DNA of 64,000 nucleotides from Escherichia coli (lineage in GTDB: Bacteria; Pseudomonadota; Gammaproteobacteria; Enterobacterales; Enterobacteriaceae): the NCBI RefSeq assembly GCF_048403405.1, contig NZ_CP183129.1; one strand, given 5' to 3'. The notes beneath the pieces are model-generated. The model was not told the origin of the DNA. It did no database searches and was given only the letters and a program-made list of their open reading frames with translations. The position numbers and the translations under genes are program-made. Below, piece after piece: positions 56,702 through 64,000 of the stretch (positions are counted from its first letter, which is position 1; every line of letters starts with the position of its first letter).

Positions 56702-57334
56702 ATGAAACCAACGTCGGTGATCATTATGGATACTCATCCTATCATCAGAATGTCTATTGAAGTTCTGTTGCAAAAAAACAGTGAATTGCAAATTGTCCTG
56801 AAAACGGATGATTATCGCATAACCATCGATTATCTCCGAACCCGTCCTGTTGATTTAATCATTATGGATATAGACTTGCCCGGTACAGACGGTTTTACCT
56901 TCCTGAAAAGGATCAAACAAATCCAGAGTACAGTGAAAGTATTATTTTTATCATCGAAATCAGAATGCTTTTATGCTGGCAGAGCGATACAAGCTGGTGC
57001 TAACGGCTTTGTCAGTAAATGCAATGATCAGAATGATATTTTTCATGCCGTTCAGATGATCCTCTCCGGATACACTTTTTTTCCCAGCGAAACGCTCAAC
57101 TATATAAAAAGCAATAAATGTAGCACGAATAGTTCAACGATCACTGTGCTATCTAATCGTGAAGTGACCATATTACGTTATCTGGTTAGCGGATTATCCA
57201 ATAAAGAAATTGCCGATAAGTTATTACTTAGCAATAAAACAGTTAGTGCGCATAAATCTAATATTTATGGCAAGCTAGGTTTGCATTCAATTGTAGAGCT
57301 TATCGACTATGCCAAATTATATGAATTAATATAA
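56702..57334 (+). CDS. fimZ: LuxR/NarL-family response regulator of fimbrial expression
   Basis: Start at MKPTSVIIMDTHP; receiver plus HTH domains; 210 aa. Confidence 0.9.
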   Translation: MKPTSVIIMDTHPIIRMSIEVLLQKNSELQIVLKTDDYRITIDYLRTRPVDLIIMDIDLPGTDGFTFLKRIKQIQSTVKVLFLSSKSECFYAGRAIQAGANGFVSKCNDQNDIFHAVQMILSGYTFFPSETLNYIKSNKCSTNSSTITVLSNREVTILRYLVSGLSNKEIADKLLLSNKTVSAHKSNIYGKLGLHSIVELIDYAKLYELI

Positions 57335-57336
57335 TA

Positions 57337-57852
57337 TTAATTATAATTGATCATAAATATCGCATCCGCTTTCGCCACACCTGGCTGAACACCACTGGCT
57401 AACGCTCGATAATTGGCAAAAAAGTTTAGTGTGACATTGCCATTTGCATCTACTTCCTCAGTCGGGCTCGCCTCCCCCAGTGCGAGCCGGGAGCGATCGC
57501 TATTACGTAATTCGATGGCGACGGTTTGTGCCATTGCGGGATCATCCAGAGCCAGCAGGTTGGCATCAGATGCCGGCGTTCCCGTAAATAAAATTGCAAC
57601 TGAACCCGGAGGACATCCCTCCAGCCGCAGGCTAAAAGGGACGAGTGCCGTGGTATCGCCAGCGCTCAGTAATTGTGTCGTAGGCCATCTGCCTAAATCT
57701 ACTGTCTTATCCTTATCCGCTGTGTTTACGGTACAGGAGAAATCAACAACGTTACCGTGCAAATTGATATTAATCGTTCCTAAAGGGTCAACTGCCCATC
57801 CACTGGAACTCCACAGTAGCCCGCAGAAACAGCTAAAGAGTACTCTTCTCAT
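57337..57852 (-). CDS. sfmF: fimbrial minor subunit
   Basis: Start at MRRVLFSCF; about 171 aa. Confidence 0.85.
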   Translation of the reverse strand: MRRVLFSCFCGLLWSSSGWAVDPLGTININLHGNVVDFSCTVNTADKDKTVDLGRWPTTQLLSAGDTTALVPFSLRLEGCPPGSVAILFTGTPASDANLLALDDPAMAQTVAIELRNSDRSRLALGEASPTEEVDANGNVTLNFFANYRALASGVQPGVAKADAIFMINYN

Positions 57853-57862
57853 TCTCCGTACC

Positions 57863-58870
57863 TCATTGATAATCGACGCGTAAATACCCCAGCGCGCTAA
57901 ACGGCCCTTCGGTCGGTTTTTGACCGGTAATACTGATAGGCCAGGCGCGAAGTGTGACATTGGCTGCCGCAGCTGCATCCAGACGGAAAGGAATAACGCT
58001 ATTGAGATCGTTAGGCGTGATCGGCGTATCGTTCTGATCGGCGACAATAAAACCTAAATCCTGATTGTCCGACACCATCGCCTGACCAGAAACGGCACTG
58101 GCTTCCAGACGCATTGTTAAATAAGCCTGCGCAGCAACATTCGTACATTTGATCGCAATATTCCTGGTTTGCGGCATGACACCATTAGGTCGATTCCCCG
58201 GCCCTGCCGCACTAAATAACGATGCACCGATATCACCAAAATCAAATTCAACAATTTGCCCGGCATTTAATTCGCAGTTTTGCGGTACTTCAACCCGGCC
58301 ACCAAAACTAATGGTATAAACAGGTGTAACCAACGGATCGTAAGGCGTTGATGTCACATACACGGTAAACATCACCTGTCTGGGGATCTCCACCATGTTA
58401 ATAAAGGGACGAATAACCTTTAAACGAAATATTAAACGAGAATCCATCACCCCGAATGGAAGGTTTTGCGAAACGTTAGGATCTGTTCCCATCCGAATAT
58501 AATTTTGCGGGGGGAACTGAATATCCATCACACTATCAACCAGACTCATCGCACCTAATAGATAATCATTTAATTGCATATATTTATAATTATCGATAGT
58601 TTCCTGAACAATAAAGTTAGTGACATAACTACGGTATGTATAATTCACCAGCGTGCCGGGTGGACAAATTGCTGATACACCTACCCAGCCGGATTTTTCC
58701 GGTAAAACAACAATCTGCCCTGGCTGGTTATTGGTGCTATTAAAGACATTTGAGAGATCATAGTGTTCATCTTCTGCTACGCCAGTACTATTTGCACAAA
58801 CAGTAGCCCAGGATATGTTTGCCAGACACAAACATGCCATCGCCAATAATAATCTGCAGATTATCTTCAT
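57863..58870 (-). CDS. sfmH: fimbrial adhesin-like subunit
   Basis: 335-aa ORF with signal peptide; synteny. Confidence 0.85.
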   Translation of the reverse strand: MKIICRLLLAMACLCLANISWATVCANSTGVAEDEHYDLSNVFNSTNNQPGQIVVLPEKSGWVGVSAICPPGTLVNYTYRSYVTNFIVQETIDNYKYMQLNDYLLGAMSLVDSVMDIQFPPQNYIRMGTDPNVSQNLPFGVMDSRLIFRLKVIRPFINMVEIPRQVMFTVYVTSTPYDPLVTPVYTISFGGRVEVPQNCELNAGQIVEFDFGDIGASLFSAAGPGNRPNGVMPQTRNIAIKCTNVAAQAYLTMRLEASAVSGQAMVSDNQDLGFIVADQNDTPITPNDLNSVIPFRLDAAAAANVTLRAWPISITGQKPTEGPFSALGYLRVDYQ

Positions 58871-58882
58871 TGATAATTTCCT

Positions 58883-61492
58883 TTATGAGCCAGAATGTGT
58901 GCAAACTGCCGAAATAACAGTGACGGCTTGCTGTAAGCTTTGCTTCGGCAATACATAGTGCGCAATGCAGCGTGAGTTCGCGCCGTCTCCCCACTGAACC
59001 AGTAATTCACCAGACAATGGCGCACCACTTAAATAAACTTGCCCGTCATCACCCACCATACTGGTTATTCCGGTACTGTTTTCCCGTACCAGTGATCCAA
59101 ACGGCACCGGTTTTCCGCCCTGGGTAACGGTAATGAGCGCCCGCACGCCTATGCGGGTGTCAAAATTGGCACGAACCAACGCGCCTTGCGTCGGCACAAC
59201 GCTGCTAATATTTTTTTCAACATCGATGGAATTCCCCATCGTATTGGTATCAAGCGCGATACGGTTATACCGATAAACCGTGGCATACGGCATCACCGCA
59301 TAGCCGCGCCAGTCGGTTAAAATTCCAGTTTGATTTTCAATGCGTACACCGCCTGCGCCTGGCGCTTTAATCAAAACATTGGTATCCCCTAAAGGCTGGC
59401 TCAGCGTTATGCCATTTTCATGTCCGACCACACCGCCAGACAGCTGCCAGTTAACGTCATGTTGATCGCGGTCGTAGTTATACCCGACCCCCAGCGTACC
59501 GTAAGCGGCCTGCCAGTTTGCCGTGGCGCTGCCCGTATACCCATTATTCGAGGTATCGCCCTGGCTTACGTGATAACTCAGGTTGTGGCCTTCCAGTAAG
59601 GTCCCACCAACGCCTGCCAGCCAGCTATTTTGCCCGTTGCTGTTACGGTTGGCGTTAAAGGAGGCATAAGCGCGGTCGAGCGCATTTTCCCGGGTGTAGC
59701 GACGTTTGGTCAAAACATTGAAAGGCACTGAAACATTAAGTCCGACAATACGTTCGTTATCGGGGATCCCTACAGATTCATTCCACGAAAATGAGAGTGA
59801 ATAACTGATGCCAACCCAGCTGCTGGTATACCCCACCTGATACCAGGTATCTGAATCCGAAGTATTCCAGTATTTTTGATGGGTACCAGAAATATAAAGC
59901 GAGCCAAAGTCATTAAGTGATTGTGAAATATTTAACTGTAAACGGTCTTTACGACTAAAGCGTAAATTGTGGTAATTCACGATTATCGGTTCATCGCGAT
60001 GCTCACCGTCATAATCGTAATCATATTCGTACCCCTCCATTCGACGATACGCAACATCATCAAGGGTATAAAAACCTTGTGTCGAATAGCGGTAACCCAT
60101 TAACTGAAAATTGGTGCCGAAAGTGTTCATTGATTTCGCATAGAGGAAGCGAATGGAATCCCCCTCATGACGACTGTCGTCGGCTAACTGACTGCGCGCA
60201 TGCGTTACATCCAGCGACACTGCGCCCCAGTTCCCGAGGTTGCGCCCCAACCCTAACAAAAAGGCGGTGTAATTTGCAGATAATTGCGTCCCGCCGTAGG
60301 CAGTAAATTCCTGTGGTAAACCGCCGAGTGCCGTGCCCTGAAAAAAGAAAGGCGACGATTGCTGACTATTACCGCTACGAAAATCACCCGCCGTCAGGTC
60401 AAATTTGAAACGCCCTTCGCGTTGTAAAATTGGCACTGTCGAATACGGAATAGTGTAATTCTGCTGATTACCATCGCGCTCGTCGATGGTGACGTCCAGA
60501 TCGCCATTTGAAGATGTCGGGTGTAAATCTGTAATTTCAAAAGCGCCGGGGGAAACATAGCTTTGATAGATAATAAAACCATTTTGCCGAATCGTTAGCT
60601 GGGCCGCCGTACGGGCAATCCCACGTACCGTTGGGGCAAACCCTTGCTGGCTATCAGGATACATATTATCGGAAGAATAAAGCCGTACACCTCGAAATCC
60701 GACGCCATCGAAAATATCACTCCCTGTATTACCGTCTCCCATTACCAGTTCACTTTTCAGCGGAATAATGGCGCGCTGTACCCAGGTGCCAATATTATTC
60801 CACTGTTCTGAATGATATCCATTTCCGCGAAAATAGTTCCAGGAACCATTGTTGCGTAAACGCCACGGGCCAATATTAATCCCGCTGAGTTCACTAAAAA
60901 AATAGCTATCGTTACCATTACCTCTGTTACCGGTGAAATTATAATTCAGGAGTAAAGCAGGAATACCTTCATCCCACTCTTCAGGCGGAATGTAACCGTG
61001 AGCGCTACTCAACAACGCTATCTGAGGAATAGTGATGTTCAGGCGCATCGCTGCAAAATCAAAGTTAATTGTGGCATCAGGTACAGCTTTCAGTAAATTA
61101 ATGCATTTATTATTTTGCTGCTGGGCTAACTCGGGGAATGCACTGCTATTAAGGCCAATTCGTTCAAGGAGTGCCTGATTAAAACAAGGCATTAACCCAC
61201 CTGATTTATCACCTGTATTTACTGTCGTCGATTCAAATACGATATCCTGTGAACCAATGAACTCATCATTACGCCAGAGATCCACCCGATACACACCCGC
61301 AGGTTGATGATTACCTCTCTCAAAGCGCGATAAATCAGCAACGGATGTGCCATTCTCTAATAAAAATGCCGGGTTGAAATAACTTTCCGCATAGCTTAAA
61401 AAGGAGGGTAAAATGGCAAGAGATGAATAACAAATTCCGGCCAGACACCAGCTATACCTCTGCGGAATATCCGTAGTAGTGGGTATTTTCAT
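58883..61492 (-). CDS. sfmD: fimbrial outer-membrane usher
   Basis: 869-aa usher-like ORF. Confidence 0.9.
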   Translation of the reverse strand: MKIPTTTDIPQRYSWCLAGICYSSLAILPSFLSYAESYFNPAFLLENGTSVADLSRFERGNHQPAGVYRVDLWRNDEFIGSQDIVFESTTVNTGDKSGGLMPCFNQALLERIGLNSSAFPELAQQQNNKCINLLKAVPDATINFDFAAMRLNITIPQIALLSSAHGYIPPEEWDEGIPALLLNYNFTGNRGNGNDSYFFSELSGINIGPWRLRNNGSWNYFRGNGYHSEQWNNIGTWVQRAIIPLKSELVMGDGNTGSDIFDGVGFRGVRLYSSDNMYPDSQQGFAPTVRGIARTAAQLTIRQNGFIIYQSYVSPGAFEITDLHPTSSNGDLDVTIDERDGNQQNYTIPYSTVPILQREGRFKFDLTAGDFRSGNSQQSSPFFFQGTALGGLPQEFTAYGGTQLSANYTAFLLGLGRNLGNWGAVSLDVTHARSQLADDSRHEGDSIRFLYAKSMNTFGTNFQLMGYRYSTQGFYTLDDVAYRRMEGYEYDYDYDGEHRDEPIIVNYHNLRFSRKDRLQLNISQSLNDFGSLYISGTHQKYWNTSDSDTWYQVGYTSSWVGISYSLSFSWNESVGIPDNERIVGLNVSVPFNVLTKRRYTRENALDRAYASFNANRNSNGQNSWLAGVGGTLLEGHNLSYHVSQGDTSNNGYTGSATANWQAAYGTLGVGYNYDRDQHDVNWQLSGGVVGHENGITLSQPLGDTNVLIKAPGAGGVRIENQTGILTDWRGYAVMPYATVYRYNRIALDTNTMGNSIDVEKNISSVVPTQGALVRANFDTRIGVRALITVTQGGKPVPFGSLVRENSTGITSMVGDDGQVYLSGAPLSGELLVQWGDGANSRCIAHYVLPKQSLQQAVTVISAVCTHSGS

Positions 61493-61522
61493 AATTAGCT
61501 CTGATATTGTCAGATGATTCGG

Positions 61523-62215
61523 TTAGTTTAAGTTCACTTCTCTGACCGGGGTTACTGAACCATAATCATTAACGGTCTGAAATTTCAGCTTTCCCTGCAC
61601 TCCTGAGGGTAAGGGAATTTGTGAATTAACTCTGGGTGCAGCCATAGCATTCCCCAGTTTTTGGCTGCCCACTTGCAAGTTAACCAGGGTGACATAAAAA
61701 GGTGATGGATTATGAACATTGATATAGTTACCGGATCGCGAAAACTTGAGTGTGTCCGGCGCTTCTGCGGGTAATTCTTGTAATTGAATTGGACGGAGAA
61801 ATAACTTCATGCGCGATAAAATCGCCAGTTGCAAAACATTCCTGCCGTTCAATGCATTTTTATCTACCGAAGGGATCGTCTTAACATTCATCCAGAACAG
61901 AGACTCACGATCTGCCGCCAGCGGTGGACCGGTGTAAATAATACGCAAGGTATTTTCGCTTTTGGGTTCACTAACAAACAGTGGCGGTGTAATGATGAAT
62001 GACTTTTCTTTTACACCGCTGCTGTTTTCAATCCACGAATTGACCAGAAAGCGCTCATTGGTATGGCTATTTCTAATCCATACCGCAGTCTGTTTAGCAT
62101 CAGCGGGATAAATAATACGCGTGGCACCTAATGCGATCCCTCCGGCAGCATGGGCGCTGGCCGAAATGATTAAATAAAATATAATGAGCATCAATAACTT
62201 TATTTTAGTCATCAT
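61523..62215 (-). CDS. sfmC: fimbrial periplasmic chaperone
   Basis: 230-aa PapD-like chaperone ORF. Confidence 0.9.
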   Translation of the reverse strand: MMTKIKLLMLIIFYLIISASAHAAGGIALGATRIIYPADAKQTAVWIRNSHTNERFLVNSWIENSSGVKEKSFIITPPLFVSEPKSENTLRIIYTGPPLAADRESLFWMNVKTIPSVDKNALNGRNVLQLAILSRMKLFLRPIQLQELPAEAPDTLKFSRSGNYINVHNPSPFYVTLVNLQVGSQKLGNAMAAPRVNSQIPLPSGVQGKLKFQTVNDYGSVTPVREVNLN

Positions 62216-62434
62216 AGTTAATACGCCTTGTGTATTCCTGACGGCAAAAATAAGGAGTATAAAGAAATGATTGCTTTGGTTTCTTACAACACATCATTCC
62301 CTTTTCATTTAATAAAGCGGCATGATACAAAGTGAACATGATTTCGATTTACATTGCCACCATACCGCTTCAGACAACCGGTACATTACTTTGTTATAAG
62401 ACGTGATATATAATTCAAAACAACGTGGTTTTGA

Positions 62435-62977
62435 TTATTCGTATCTCATAATAAAAGTCGCGTCAGCATTTGCTTGCCCTGCTGATGCACTTGTACCGGT
62501 GCCTTTATAACGTGCAGAAAAATGAAGAACGTTGGTCCCGGGGATCAAGTTCTGGTTGGTTGAGAAGCTATTCCCATCAGGTTTGAGAATTGCGGATGTA
62601 TTATCAAGTATTTCAATACCGACACCCGTTGCTGTTGTTGTATTAGTACTGGATGCAATGGCCAATAAATTATCATTGATTGCATCCGCCTGACCAGAAA
62701 ATGCAACGGCAGCATTAGCGGCAACGACAGGATCGCAGTCGTTCAACTGTATAGTGAATGGAATTAATGCAGAGGTATTACCAACAGCATTGAAAATATC
62801 GGTACGATATTGACCGAGTGTGACAACCTGGTCTGCCGAGTCAGTATTCACTGAACAGGCAGCATTCACCAGTTCGCCTTCAAAGTGAATTGTACCGCCA
62901 TCTACAACGGCAGCATAACTACCCGTAGCGGCGAATAGTGCGGCGGCCAGCGCAGACGAAATAAATCTTAATTTCAT
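62435..62977 (-). CDS. sfmA: type 1-like fimbrial major subunit
   Basis: Start at [15 protein letters not shown]; about 180 aa. Confidence 0.9.
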   Translation of the reverse strand: MKLRFISSALAAALFAATGSYAAVVDGGTIHFEGELVNAACSVNTDSADQVVTLGQYRTDIFNAVGNTSALIPFTIQLNDCDPVVAANAAVAFSGQADAINDNLLAIASSTNTTTATGVGIEILDNTSAILKPDGNSFSTNQNLIPGTNVLHFSARYKGTGTSASAGQANADATFIMRYE

Positions 62978-63447
62978 ATATATTCCTTCAATCTCATTTA
63001 TCGACTCCACATCCGTATATAACCGATTACTTTATTTAAGACACTGATAGTAGTAAATTCCTTTTTATCCTCTAAGAATGTCTTAATTGAAAATATGCAC
63101 TCTATTCTAAAAAATAGAGAGCCCCGTTAGATGAATACTTCCGCGCAAAATATATTCAACACAAATATAGACCTGAAGCGGTAAATTACCAGGCTGAAAA
63201 TTCTTTTTATATTGTCAGGTATTTCTTAAATTATCTTAATCCTTTGACAAGGAAATAAGTCAGTTCCAGATTTACAACGCCATCATGGACGAAAAATGAA
63301 GCTTTCAATCTCAGCGACAGTGCGCCTCACCTTCGCACGAGGTCGCTTCACGCGATAAATCTGAAACGAAACCTGACAGCGCGCCCCGCTTCTGACAAAA
63401 TAGGCGCATCCCCTTCGACCTACGTAACAGATGGAATCCTCTCTCTG

Positions 63448-64000
63448 ATGGCAGCAAAGATTATTGACGGTAAAACGATTGCGCAGCAGGTGCGCTCTGA
63501 AGTTGCTCAAAAAGTTCAGGCGCGTATTGCAGCCGGACTGCGGGCACCAGGACTGGCCGTTGTGCTGGTGGGTAGTAACCCTGCATCGCAAATTTATGTC
63601 GCAAGCAAACGCAAGGCTTGTGAAGAAGTCGGGTTCGTCTCCCGCTCTTATGACCTCCCGGAAACCACCAGCGAAGCGGAGCTGCTGGAGCTTATCGATA
63701 CGCTGAATGCCGACAACACCATCGATGGCATTCTGGTTCAACTGCCGTTACCGGCGGGTATTGATAACGTCAAAGTGCTGGAACGAATTCACCCGGACAA
63801 AGACGTAGACGGTTTCCATCCTTATAACGTCGGTCGCCTGTGCCAGCGCGCGCCGCGTCTGCGTCCCTGCACCCCGCGCGGTATTGTCACGCTGCTTGAG
63901 CGTTACAACATTGATACCTTCGGCCTCAACGCCGTGGTGATTGGCGCATCGAATATCGTTGGCCGCCCGATGAGCATGGAACTGCTACTGGCAGGTTGCA
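63448..64000 (+). CDS. folD: bifunctional methylenetetrahydrofolate dehydrogenase / cyclohydrolase, N-terminal part (3' end lies outside the window)
   Basis: ATG at 63448 opens [23 protein letters not shown]..., the recalled FolD N-terminus; the frame stays open to the window end. Confidence 0.9.

Noticed and set aside
63283-63741. 152-aa minus-strand ORF and 80-aa plus-strand ORF near the window end
   Set aside because: They overlap the folD reading frame, which starts at 63448 and matches a known protein; alternative-frame artefacts.

Overview
This window is an Escherichia coli-type chromosomal segment, syntenic with (and inverted relative to) the K-12 region ybdO-ybdNML-ybdH-ybdD-cstA / entHABEC-fepB-entS-fepDGC-fepE-entF-ybdZ-fes-fepA-entD / hokE / ybdKJF-nfsB-ybdG-pheP / cusABFC / nfrBA-ybcH-envY-argU-fimZ-sfmFHDCA-folD. 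Almost all of it is ordinary core genome: the complete enterobactin cluster with Fur boxes, the Cus copper/silver efflux structural genes, and the sfm fimbrial operon. The accessory part is an 8.3-kb segment bounded by two directly oriented 820-bp IS26 copies (41171-49509) that sits where cusS-cusR are expected and truncates both cusC and nfrB. Its cargo is a 1069-aa reverse transcriptase-nitrilase fusion (DRT type 1 / UG1-like defence RT), a repeat-rich 345-nt noncoding region and a truncated acidic ORF downstream of it, an AbiEi/AbiEii-like pair, and a 5' fragment of IS150. A separate full IS150 with a 3-bp GGG target duplication lies beside hokE. No CRISPR array, rRNA or prophage integrase was seen; the one tRNA is argU. 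All calls rest on reading the sequence and recalled protein families; no database search or computation was run, so gene starts and family assignments are approximate.
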